Shown piece after piece: positions 13,078 to 24,606 of a DNA stretch of 54,070 nt (position 1 is its first letter; each line of letters begins with the position of its first letter). The stretch is from Octopus bimaculoides. Lineage: Eukaryota. Under the pieces are notes generated by a model that saw nothing but the letters and a program-made list of their open reading frames with translations, was not told the origin of the DNA and did no database searches. Location: assembly GCF_001194135.2 (NCBI RefSeq), contig NC_068986.1, forward strand, positions 86,505,548 through 86,559,617, given 5' to 3'. The position numbers were made by a program, and so were the translations under genes.

Positions 13078-13142
13078 GTTGTTGTTATTATTATTATTAT
13101 TATTCAGGTCACTGCCTGGCATCGAACTCGGAATCATGGGCT
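12925..13142 (-). mobile_element. 5'-truncated tRNA-box SINE-like element with internal (AAT)n and a 3' hammerhead ribozyme
   Basis: Minus-strand order: B-box GAGTTCGATGCC (13129-13118), (AAT/AAC)n (13103-13045), unique segment with a second B-box-like GGTTCGAAATT (13014-13004), hammerhead (12996-12951), tail ...TATCCGTCAAATGTAAATA. A tail homologue lies at 24710-24767. No A-box is seen. Confidence 0.7.
12951..12996 (-). ncRNA. Minimal type I hammerhead ribozyme
   Basis: AACAC-CUGAUGA-A-GGCUG(GAGGGUAUAU)CAGCC-GAAA-CG-UU/GUGUU. It has a 5-bp stem I, an intact core, an extra A after A9, a 5-bp stem II, a loop-less palindromic stem III (ACGU) and a GUU cleavage triplet. Confidence 0.85.
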
Positions 13143-13203
13143 TGCTGCAGTCCAACGTAGAGAGATGAACGAAAAATTATTTCCTCTTAAATTATTTATC
13201 AAG

Positions 13204-13274
13204 GGAAAAGACATTAACAAGATGACATCGCCACCAGCAACCACACAGCAATCTACTTGTAAGAACGGCAAAAG
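13204..13274 (+). CDS. Candidate exon (GKDINKMTSPPATTQQSTCKNGK), product unknown
   Basis: AG acceptor after a T-rich tract, donor AAG|GTGAGG at 13275, ATG with A at -3 at 13222. No homology recognised. Confidence 0.2.
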
Positions 13275-14029
13275 GTGAGGTGATGTCTGCACCGAGGAGA
13301 AACTCCACATTACCTTTAATCCATCATTGTACTAAAGTCTTTAACGAAAAATGGTCACTACAAAAGAAAAAAAAAAAAAAAAAAAAAAGCCAAAGGTGTT
13401 GGTTGGTGTTTAGTGTGTATATTTACCTACCTAGATTACACTTGTAAACATACACATATGCACATGTATACATAAATACATACATATATACCTATATGCA
13501 TACAAATAACTATTGTCATATATGTAAATATTTGGAGATGATAAGTATGTTATAAGATACACATATATAATTACATCCATACTTGTATATATGGATATGT
13601 TAATGCATTTAACGTTATGCATTTGTGAAGACAAACTTACACACATGAATATAATTGCTTGCAAAGTTTGAAGCTTAGATATACGCACGCTCACGCAGAA
13701 TGACTACTCACTCTTTGCTGTCTAAATTCTAGCCAAAAAGCTTTGTGTCTAGGTTTATTTTCTGTTGATGAGATACTAAAAAAATACTACTAAGCATAAT
13801 TGTATGTGTGTTTGTGTGTATCTGTGTGTCTGTGTGTGTATATATGATGACCACGATAGGAATTATTATCGACTGGGAATCGAACGTTGCAGTATCAATT
13901 ACCAGTCTAATACCATAGCTTATTATTTGACTGACGATAGAAATTAACATTTAAGTTCTCTACATTATCTGCATTAAGACTGCTCAAGCCCTCCATAACT
14001 GATACGCTCCATATCTTCCTCCCTCTTAC

Positions 14030-14032
14030 TAT

Positions 14033-14092
<60 letters not shown>

Positions 14093-14253
14093 CACTAGTA
14101 CAGTTTTCCGTTATACTTCATCCTACTCAGTTTTCGCTATTTTAATATTTTCCTTGTTCATATGTATTTTTCTTTTCTTTAAGCACTCAAAATATACTGT
14201 CCGCTTGTATTTCCTTTCCGTCTCACTATTATTATTATTATTATTATTATTAT

Positions 14254-14308
<55 letters not shown>

Positions 14309-14342
14309 TGTAGTAGTAGTAGTAGTATTATTATTATCATCA

Positions 14343-14400
<58 letters not shown>
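14030..14400. repeat. (ACT)n, then compound (ATT)(AGT)(ATC)(ATT) arrays
   Basis: Direct. Confidence 0.9.
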
Positions 14401-14403
<3 letters not shown>

Positions 14404-14681
14404 TTGTGTTTTCCTGACTCTTCATCTCATATTTGTCTGGATTTCTTTATTAATCCCTTCAATCATCGACACCCGCGTAGTCTTTGTTTGTTTATTTGCT
14501 TGCTTGTTTGTTTGTTATGTTTTCATTTATATATCTTTCTTTCTCTTTTTCTTTCCGTGTCAAATACCTGCTCTCTACTTCGTATTAGTTTTTCAATCAT
14601 TCATTTGCTTTTTCACCATTTGTTCCTTTACACACTACTTTCCTTCAGTCATTCACTCATACTTTCTCTTTCTGACTTTCT

Positions 14682-14756
<75 letters not shown>

Positions 14757-15284
14757 TTTCATTTTCTCTGTGTGCGTCTTTCTCTTATGAATTCACTTTT
14801 TTTTCTTCATTTATTGCCTTAGTTTTCTAAATTTTTATTCTTCTCTCTCCATTTTCGTTTTCATCATATCGTCTTTCTAATTACAATTTTCCAGTTATAA
14901 GTGTTTTTTGATTCTTCTCATTATTTTCGTTCTTTATTTCATTCATTTATTGAAACAAATTATGTTATTGACATTTAAAGTTTTGAAATAATTTTATAAA
15001 TTACTCGTCATTTCCTTAATTATTTTTAAAAATATTTACAATTTTTTTTTCTGCTTTCCTCCTTTACTCTTATCACCATCGCCAGTGCTATCACCGCCGC
15101 TATATCCGTCGACACCACTGCCGCCATCATCACTACTGCAGTAGCAACAGTCACACCCTTTTCCCCTTCACTGTACTTTAATTTTGTACTTTTTTCTCTA
15201 ATTATATAAAAAGGAAATACTAATACTACCATCCCTATACGCGCTACTATTACTATAATCAACATCGCTGACAAGATCAATGAA

Positions 15285-15306
15285 ATAATAATAATAATAA
15301 TAATAA

Positions 15307-15337
<31 letters not shown>

Positions 15338-15382
15338 AAGAAGAAGAAGAAGAAGAAGAAGAAGAAGAAGAAGAAGAAGAAC

Positions 15383-15423
<41 letters not shown>

Positions 15424-15485
15424 TAATAATAATAATAACGATAATAATAAATAATGATAATAATAACAACAACAACAACACAACG
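15285..15485. repeat. Compound (AAT)(AAG)(AAT)(AAC) array
   Basis: Direct. Confidence 0.95.
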
Positions 15486-15689
15486 GCAACTATAAGTGGA
15501 TGAAGATTAAATATAACGGAACAGTGAAGAAAGCCATATTAATGATCACGATTGACACGTAAAAAAAATAATAGCACAAACAAAGAATGGAGGAGAAGAA
15601 GGGATAGGAGGAAGAGGATCATGATGTTGATGGTGATGATCATAGAGGAATAGGAGAATAAAAGAAAATTATCATCTTCTGAATCTGAA

Positions 15690-15725
<36 letters not shown>

Positions 15726-15735
15726 ACTCATTCGT

Positions 15736-16120
15736 GGAGGTGCAATGGTCCAGTGGTTAGGGCAGCGGACTCGCGGTCATAGGATCGTGGTTTCGATTCC
15801 CAGACCGGGCGTTGTGAGTGATTATTGAGCGAAAGCACCTAAAAGCCCCACGTGCCTCCGGCAGGTGATGTTGGTGAACCCTGCTGTACTCTTTCACCAC
15901 GACTTTCTCTCACTCTTACTTCCTGTTTCTGTTGTGCCTGTAATTCAAAGGTTCAGCCTTGTCACATTGTGTCACACTGAATATCCCCGAGAACTACGCT
16001 AAGGGTACACGTGTCTGTGGAGTGCTCAGCCACTTGCACGTTAATTACACGAGCAGGCTGTTCCGTTGATCGGATCAACTGGAACCCTCGACGTCGTAAG
16101 CGACGGAGTGCCAACTAACT
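15736..16120 (+). mobile_element. Full-length tRNA-derived SINE
   Basis: A-box TGGTCCAGTGG (15746-15756), B-box GGTTTCGATTCC (15789-15800), short AACT tail. Probable TSD TGTTACTC(A/T)TTC at 15722-15733 and 16122-16133. The head is shared with 22579. Confidence 0.9.
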
Positions 16121-16157
16121 ATGTTACTCTTTCACTTTTTTGTACATATGGGCACTC

Positions 16158-16275
16158 ATTCAGCGTGACACCGAATGTGACAAAGCTGGCCCATTGAAAT
16201 ATAAAAACTACTCATTGCTAGGTGTCTGAGGTGGTGCAACGTGAAACAAGGTGTCTTGATCAAGGACACAATGCG
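16158..16275 (-). mobile_element. SINE body fragment, inverted relative to the adjacent SINE
   Basis: 16158-16200 is the reverse complement of 15942-15982. 16225-16275 matches the GAGCAAGACACTTTATTTCACGTTGC block of the 20151 SINE. Confidence 0.8.
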
Positions 16276-16430
16276 GTGTCTTACAAACGTGAGCACAATA
16301 CTGTAACCACTAAGCGACGTGCATACACTCGCACACGAAATAACAAACATACATACATATATACAGATGTCTGGGTATGTGTGAGTTTGTGTGTGTGTGT
16401 GGGTTTGTGTGTGTGTGTGTGTGTGTTTGT

Positions 16431-16464
<34 letters not shown>

Positions 16465-17059
16465 NNNNNNNNNNNNNNNNNNNNNNNNNNNNNNNNNNNN
16501 NNNNNNNNNNNNNNNNNNNNNNNNNNNNNNNNNNNNNNNNNNNNNNNNNNNNNNNNNNNNNNNNNNNNNNNNNNNNNNNNNNNNNNNNNNNNNNNNNNNN
16601 NNNNNNNNNNNNNNNNNNNNNNNNNNNNNNNNNNNNNNNNNNNNNNNNNNNNNNNNNNNNNNNNNNNNNNNNNNNNNNNNNNNNNNNNNNNNNNNNNNNN
16701 NNNNNNNNNNNNNNNNNNNNNNNNNNNNNNNNNNNNNNNNNNNNNNNNNNNNNNNNNNNNNNNNNNNNNNNNNNNNNNNNNNNNNNNNNNNNNNNNNNNN
16801 NNNNNNNNNNNNNNNNNNNNNNNNNNNNNNNNNNNNNNNNNNNNNNNNNNNNNNNNNNNNNNNNNNNNNNNNNNNNNNNNNNNNNNNNNNNNNNNNNNNN
16901 NNNNNNNNNNNNNNNNNNNTATATATATGTATGTTTGTATACACAAAGATATACATAGATTGTATAAAAAATGAAATGTTGTTAACGGGGGACGTCATCG
17001 AAATACAAACTTAAACCGATGAAAATTATACGGTGTAATGTACAGTTATAAATGAACCC

Positions 17060-17097
<38 letters not shown>

Positions 17098-18443
17098 ATA
17101 GCCGCTCCGTGTAATTACTTCAACATTACTGTCACTTCCAGTAGTGAGAGCCTTTGTTAGTCGAGTGGGCAGCAGAATGTCGGAGGACATATCAGTGGGT
17201 TAGAGATCGGCATTAAGTGATAGGCCTCACACTAGACTTTTGGCCAGAGCATGCCTTTCTTGTTGCACTCAGTGTTGTGGCTGTCGTTGTTGTTGTTTAG
17301 TATCAGGTCATCCCTCATTGAGTAGATTAATGCTGAAATGCGTTGCAGCTGTGATAACCAGTATGTTTCTATATCGGCGTCTAACAACGTTTTGTATCTA
17401 TCTTTGTTCATTTATGATTGGATGAAACTGATCATGAAGATCACTTTTAAAAACGGGTTTAGTAGTATCCATATCCTAGTAAAAGAATGAGAGTGTTACG
17501 TCCGAATAGGAGATATTGGCTCAGAGATAACTCTGCTGTTTGTGACATCGCCAAAGAATTAAGGAAACCGTGATTAGCGAGAAAAATAGTCTACACTCAT
17601 CTGTCTGATCATATGACAAATCAGAGTAGATCTTGCTTGGGAAACAGAGAATATATCTGTTAAAGAGAATATATCAAGAGGAATCTCTAACATCTGCAGG
17701 AGAATAATAGCAATTCGAAACAAATCATAATGGGGGAGGGGACAATACTGCTTTGATATTACAATACGTTATTTTAGCTATCGTTTATTTCATTCTGATA
17801 TCTATGACAACAATCCATATGTAAAGTCATGCGATGTAATGTCAGTTTGTGATTATGGTGGTTGAAATGATGATGGAGAGAAAGAGGAAGGAAAGAGGAG
17901 GAAGAAAAGATGGAATGGATGCGATTCAACCGATATTTGGAGGCCCCCTTCAACCTCTTATAACACCATCATAAAGGCGGCTGTAGCGTTAGTTCCGGGA
18001 ATATTTCTGTGCACAACTGTAGTACAGTGCCATCTTAAGACAGATTTAGGGATCCCAATTCTGATCTAAGTATTTCGGTAGCTTGTTATCAAAATACTAT
18101 AGGCGGAAATTTGCCCGGACGCCATAAAGTTGCTACGACGGCCCTTCAGTAACGATAAAAATAAATGGCGATAGAACTCAGGCGATGAAAATGTTGGTTC
18201 TTATAGTTATGTGTAAGTCTTCTTGAATTCTATATCGAATCCTATTAACATTAATGCAGAGAGTGAGGTGGTAAATTGACAACGTTATTAGCGCGTTGGA
18301 AATGATACCATGACACGTCAGTTCCAACGCTGTTTAGTCTGGTTTCAAACTCTGCTGCGATTAGTTTTGATTTCCTCAACCTTCTTCAAGAAAAGAAACA
18401 GACTGAGTGGGCCAACCCTATAACCCATAGTCTAATATGAGTG

Positions 18444-18918
18444 TCAGAATGAAAAATAAAGTAATGGGCCCCAGTGCTTGTCTAGTACTTTTTTTAAGGC
18501 AGGAAAATGCAAGCAAGACTGGATCTGAGTTGAACTTAAGTTCAGGACCCAAAGGGCTGGAGCAAATTCTGCAACATATTTATCGACCGCTTCTGCCAAC
18601 CGTACACGAACCATGTGCAGCCCCACTAATCTATATAAACCAGCCTTAAATTACACACAATACCAGTAGCACATCAGCAGCTGATTCATTCAGGATATCA
18701 AACATATTTAGCCCATGCATAATTGCATAGCATAAATCGTATCCATATTTATGCCGTACTTTGTTGTACATATATATCAACCATTTGCCTCTCCAAAGCA
18801 TTTTCACAAGTTTGTTGTAAACGCGTATATTTCTTTTCAGATTTTTAGTTCGACCTTGTTTCCTACGATCTGTGAAGTATAAAGCTTTCCTTTCATAAGT
18901 ACCAAGAAATACTAGTGG
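18444..18918 (-). other. Candidate exon pair or frameshifted coding relic
   Basis: Acceptor attctttttcag| at 18919, 90 open codons (18918-18646), then 68 open codons in an adjacent frame (18650-18444). No homology recognised. Confidence 0.2.
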
Positions 18919-19833
18919 CTGAAAAAGAATTAGGTATCATATGATTCATAGATGCTACAGAACTATGTCTTCTGTTTCATGTTATACAGAATACAGGTAA
19001 AAAGTTAAGCTATGTTAAGCTATGTCATATAGTTTACAAATGAGGAGAAGCAGATACGAATCGCATTATGCAAAATTACGAATAGTCAGTTATGAACTTT
19101 ATATATCCTGTCTACAAATCTAAAATATGAAAATTATATTCACATTTTCAGTGAAACGAAATGTTAATCAGTTAAGCTTAATTACGGATGCAGAGTTGAT
19201 ATACAGCAATCGAATGACCGAAAACTGTAACTAGTGTCTACATTTACGCTATAAAAACATGAGTTTTCTATAACGAATGCTTAATTGAAACAATAGCAGG
19301 GTATTAATATGTAATTTTATGCAGAATGAAAAGGTTATGCCTCAAAAAACAATTGTATAAAATACATCACTGACAGTTTCGCTGGCACATTAAAAACATT
19401 CGGCTTCGTTGGTAAATTGCAAAAATAAAAAGAAAGAAACTGTTTGTTTTGCCAAATTATAAAGAAACTGTATTCCTTGGCAGATTTACAAAAGTATTTT
19501 TTCTATGGCAAATATTAAAAATAAAAGTACTTTCATTGCCAGATTGTAAAAAAAAAAAAAAGAAAAATAATGTATGATTTTATTTTTTAGGAAAGAAAAC
19601 CGAAGCTGTTTTTCTTGAGAGAATTAAGCAGAAGTCATTTTTATTTAATATTTGTATATTTGTTTGATTTTGTCAAAAATAGAAATAAAATAATCCTTTG
19701 GAAGAATCTAGTGTATCCAAAAATACTCACCTGGATATCCAAATATATACTGGATATACTTGTTTATTATTTATCACTAAAGACAAAATTTGTCAAGTGA
19801 CAAGTTCAAACACACACACACATGCACATAGAT

Positions 19834-19870
<37 letters not shown>

Positions 19871-19911
19871 NNNNNNNNNNATACAAATTATAAAAGTGAT
19901 TTTAAAAATAT

Positions 19912-19990
19912 ACAGTACAGTACTGTTTCTTATTTTTTTATTGCTCACAAGGGGCTAAACATAGAGGGGAGACAGTACAGTACTGTTTCT
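19912..19990 (-). mobile_element. 41-bp 5'-truncated SINE tail insertion with a perfect 19-bp TSD
   Basis: ACAGTACAGTACTGTTTCT at 19912-19930 and 19972-19990 flanks 19931-19971, which ends in an A-rich tail on the minus strand. Confidence 0.85.
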
Positions 19991-20150
19991 ACTTCGTTGA
20001 TGTTCACCTACCACGGGGAGCGAGTTTGGAACATAACCGCAATTGTCGAGGGATTACTGTACATATATATATATATTTATTTATATTCTTATTCTTTTAG
20101 TTGTTTCAGTCATTTTGACTCCGCACCCATATATATATATGTATGTGTGT

Positions 20151-20479
20151 GAAGGCGCATGGGTCAGTGGTTAGTGCGTCGAGCTTACGATTGTGAGGAA
20201 GTTGTGAGTTCGATTCCAGGATCGGGCTGCGTGTTGTGTTTTTGAGCAAGACACTTTATTTCACGTTGCTCCAGTTCACTAAGCTGTAGAAATGAGTTGC
20301 GACGTAACTGGTATCAAGCTGTATCGGTCTTTCCCTTAGCCTTGGATAACATTGGTATGCATGGGCGACTACTGATCTTCCGTTGTGCGTTCGCCGGTGA
20401 GGCGACTTTCCACCCAGACTTGTAGCCTGGAGGGGAACTTCTTAGGTGTATCTATGGCCATTCGTGAACGACGGAGTCG

Positions 20480-20482
<3 letters not shown>
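20151..20482 (+). mobile_element. tRNA-derived SINE, second family
   Basis: A-box TGGGTCAGTGG (20160-20170), B-box GAGTTCGATTCC (20206-20217). The 3' half is homologous to 44985-45135 (minus). Ends in (TA)n. Confidence 0.88.
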
Positions 20483-20533
<51 letters not shown>

Positions 20534-20545
20534 TATATGCATATA

Positions 20546-20596
<51 letters not shown>

Positions 20597-20744
20597 TAGC
20601 GATTGTAGCGATTATAAGCTCTCTGCAGTATTGACCACTGAAAACTTAAAAAGTGAAGCAGGCCATTTCCTGATAAAATCACTCTTAATTGCAAATTGTG
20701 TCCACCCTCTAGTCTAGTATATCCGAAAATTCATCGCCCTCCAT

Positions 20745-20820
20745 GTCGACTGATATTTTATTTCATCCACCGGGAAACTCTTAAAGGCAAAGTCGACCAC
20801 GGTAAGATTTGAATTCAGAA
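20745..20820 (-). mobile_element. SINE fragment (33297 family)
   Basis: aaaggcaaagtcgaccacggtaagatttgaattcagaa aligns with 33405-33440. Confidence 0.7.
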
Positions 20821-21659
20821 TATAAAAAATCCAGGAGAAATATTGCTGTGTTTTATATATATATTTTTTAGTCCAGTGCGCTTATGAGTCAACGAGTTGT
20901 TTGCCATCACCTCTACTATGATACAGTAAAATAACCGCCTGATCATACAAGCGGTCCTTATTTTCTTTTCTTTTGTTGTTGATTTTAATAAATCTTCATT
21001 TTTCTGCTTAATGTAAACTGGGTATACGTGATGATGACGATGAGAAATGTGATGATGCAAGAGTTGGGTTCCTACTCAGGATTTCATGATTATGATAATA
21101 ATGAAGATGATGACGACGACGATGAGCACTACGACGACAATGATGATGGTGATGATGATGACGATGATGATTATTCTGATGGAGTTAATGAGCGATCATA
21201 TATTGATTTTAAGGAGAAGGGTGCGAAGTGGGCTGGACTACAGCTTGAAATATTATTAAATTTCAGAAACAGGCCAGATGTTTTCAGTGACTGGCAATGG
21301 AGGATTTTCACTGTTAGCATAAGGTTAACAAGGGACAGGGTAGTTGATGGTAGAGAACTCTGCTGTTTAAGGTCGCCATTTTATTCTGACTCTTTTTACG
21401 TGTTTTTGTTATATTGGTTAATGTTCCAAGTTTCATGTCATGATAATTGCAGATGTTGTTGTTGTTGTTGTGGTTTTATTTGTAGTTATTGTCTGTAGTG
21501 ATGATTTCTATATTTCTTTTTTATTTTAGATACCCTATTGCTCTTAAGGTCAACATATATTTAAACATATTTGTTTCCTTTTCATTTCTATTAGTGCAGA
21601 TATATTTGTTTTGTACTATTATGATAGCATGGAAACGCTTGTAAAAAAAAAATATGCAT

Positions 21660-21705
21660 TCAGCAGCAGTAACAGCGGCAGCGGCAGCAGCAGTGGCAGT
21701 AGTAA

Positions 21706-21762
<57 letters not shown>

Positions 21763-21800
21763 CAACAGCAGCAGCAGCAGCAGCAACAGCAATAGTAGTG

Positions 21801-21831
<31 letters not shown>

Positions 21832-21866
21832 CAGTAGTAGTAGTAGTAGTTGTAGTAGTAGTAGTG
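21660..21866. repeat. (AGC)/(AGT) compound array next to a gap
   Basis: Direct. Confidence 0.9.
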
Positions 21867-22007
21867 NNNNNNNNNNNNNNNNNNNNNNNNNNNNNNNNNN
21901 NNNNNNNNNNNNNNNNNNNNNNNNNNNNNNNNNNNNNNNNNNNNNNNNNNNNNNNNNNNNNNNNNNNNNNNNNNNNNNNNNNNNNNNNNNNNNNNNNNNN
22001 NNNNNNN

Positions 22008-22050
<43 letters not shown>

Positions 22051-22578
22051 CAATTTCTTTTGTAAATATTGCTGTGACGGAAATACACGTTTCAAATTCG
22101 CAGTTATGACATGTTCAGTACAAATAGTCGATACATAGTCGAATGTATACAGTTCAATTATGTACACAAAGGGATTTCTTTCTCTTTCACACCGTCACAT
22201 ACAATCTCTCTATCCCTCTACCCTTCACTCACTCGCTTCCTTAGACTTTGGGGCAGTCCATCGTGTGTATATGTCTGTGAATGTGTGTATGCGTCTGTAT
22301 GTCATTATTCAGTTTTATTTCAAGATTTCTTGGTATCAAACCTAGATCCAAGGTTCCTTCATTGGAATTTCATCATTAACAACAGGGCATGTATGTATAT
22401 GTGCAGATTTGTATATTTTGTTTTATGTATGTCTTTTCATCCGTATACGTCCATATCTACACTTGCTCATATATACTGAAGTGAAAAACTTCAGTAAAGT
22501 TTCCAATGCTGGCTTGCATCTGTGACCCTCCAATCAGCTTTCTCCTTTCTGATATAAGAAGTCTAATTTCTTATGATT

Positions 22579-22865
22579 GGAGGCGCAATAGCCCAGTGGT
22601 TAGGGCAGTGGACTCGCGGTCGGAGGATCGCGGTTTCTATTCTCAGACTGGGCGTTGTGCGTGTTTATTGAACAAAAACACTTAAAGCTCCACAAGGCTC
22701 CGGCAGGGGGTGGTGGCGTTCCCTGTTGTACTCTTTCGCCCCAATTTTCTCTCACTCTTTCTTCCTGTTTCCATCTGGGTGGGGGACACATACGCCATAG
22801 AAACCGGGAAACCGGGCCCATGAGCCTGGCTAGGCTTTAAAAAGGGTGTATAAATAAAAAATAAA
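22579..22865 (+). mobile_element. tRNA-derived SINE with the 15736-type head but a different 3' end
   Basis: The first ~190 nt align with 15736-15930, then diverge to ...GAAACCGGGAAACCGGGCCCATGAGCC... and an A-rich tail. TSD TAATTTCTTA(T/A)GATTGGAG at 22564-22582 and 22866-22884. Confidence 0.9.
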
Positions 22866-24107
22866 TAATTTCTTAAGATTGGAGTTTAAGCAGTATGTAT
22901 GTATGTATGTATGTATGCATGTATGCGTGTATATATGTAAGTTTTTGCGCTTTTGTGATTGTGTTTTAATGTCTACCGCTTGACAACTAGTGTTGGTTTG
23001 TTAATGTCTCTCGTTCGGCAAAAAGTGTGAAAAAATAAGTACCAGATTTTAACAAAAATATTGGGGTCCATTTTGTCAGAATAGAGCCTTGAAGGCGGTG
23101 CCCTAATATAGCCGCAGTCCCATGATGGAAGCATAAAAAAAATAAGCATAACAAAATATACATATGCACAAACACATACGCACACTCCCACACACGACAC
23201 ATACGCACACACCCACACACACGCACACCCACACACACGAATACACACACAAACAAACACACACACGCACACACACACACACAAACATGCACCCAAACAC
23301 ACACACAAACACACACAAGCACACCCACAAAGACACACACACAACTATACATATATTTGCATTTGTGCATGTACAAGTCCTTTCTAAATACAGAATATGC
23401 AGTTAAGTACGTCCTAGCGTCCTTGTCATAGTGTACCGGAAATATTGTCAATCAGTTGAAATTAAATACGTAAAAGAAAACTAAACTTTCATGAAAACCA
23501 AATTTAAGTAAGAGAAAAGAGAGAACTCTGTGGATAAGATATTTAATGAAGTTATGGAAGGTATTATAAATCACATCTTTGGCAACTATGGCGACAACTT
23601 CGAGTATGTTTTTGCCTAACTAGACATCACCTGTAGAACATAAATAAAATACAATTACCTGAGAAGAGATTAAATTTAATACTACATAGGTATGTCTTTT
23701 GCCGATTTACTCCTTTTAATATATACACCACGTCAGTGTTGAATTTCGTGTCAACATTTTCAAATGTCTTGTTGGAAATAATGTGTGATTATTAATTCAA
23801 ATTTCTTTTTTACCTGCTCAGTCTGGTTGAGGAGCCAGTGCTTAAGAGCTTTGTAGGTATTCTGTTGGTTATATAGATATGTTCAGCCAGATATTAAATG
23901 TTTTGCGAAAACTGATGCGGTTCTCTTGTTTGTGCGGAGATTGAAGTGGTTCTATATTGTTCACGTGATGCTTGAATCTGTTGTGCCGTGGAGTATGTGT
24001 TGTACGTAGGTTCACGTTGTCTATGTAAAAGGTTTAACAACTGTTTTATCTTCTCTGTATGCAAGCAGTGAAGTTATTATCAGTTTTACATTATTAATGT
24101 GTGTATG

Positions 24108-24606
24108 TGTTAGTAAACGCTACAAAACTGCGGTATTCCGATAAGTGGAGACCCATTTAAAAATGTATTGTACTGAAAAGCTCAGAATACCTTACAGATG
24201 GGGGGACCGAAATCGTCCCAAAAGTGAAAGAGAGCGAAAGATATTGATATTTTACGGTCTTTCGTGTTGCACACTCCTCCATCTCTGAAAGTACTCATAC
24301 CGGCTAATTGAAAGTATGTATATAAATAGCGTAAAATCAATTTCCCGTTGCGCAAAGGTATCGCACAGAGAAAGAAAAATTGAAATTTTGTGTTTGAATC
24401 TACTCAATAATTGTCAATAATTGTCAACGCATTGTCAATGTCGTACGTAATGTCTATATGTTAGTAAATTCTAACAAAACTGTTGTATTTCGACCATGGA
24501 AGATTTATTTAAAAACACACCGTGTTTAAAAACACAGCAACACTAAAACCTGGGCGAAGGGAAGTCAACTCCCAAGAGAAAGGGAACGACAGTTATCGAT
24601 ATTTCG
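24108..24606. repeat. Two diverged ~146-bp direct repeats (24108-24253 and 24459-24606)
   Basis: Shared blocks TGTTAGTAAA, CAAAACTG, ATTTAAAAA, a GGGA/TCCC hairpin and TAT(T/C)GATATTT. Confidence 0.7.

Noticed and set aside
15736-15810. tRNA gene
   Set aside because: A- and B-boxes are present, but there is no acceptor stem closure, and the head continues into a repeated body with a TSD. This is a SINE head; the same applies to 20151 and 22579.
21028-21498. 156-aa acidic ORF
   Set aside because: Its length is inflated by stop-free GAT and TGT repeats, and the unique part has no recognisable domain.
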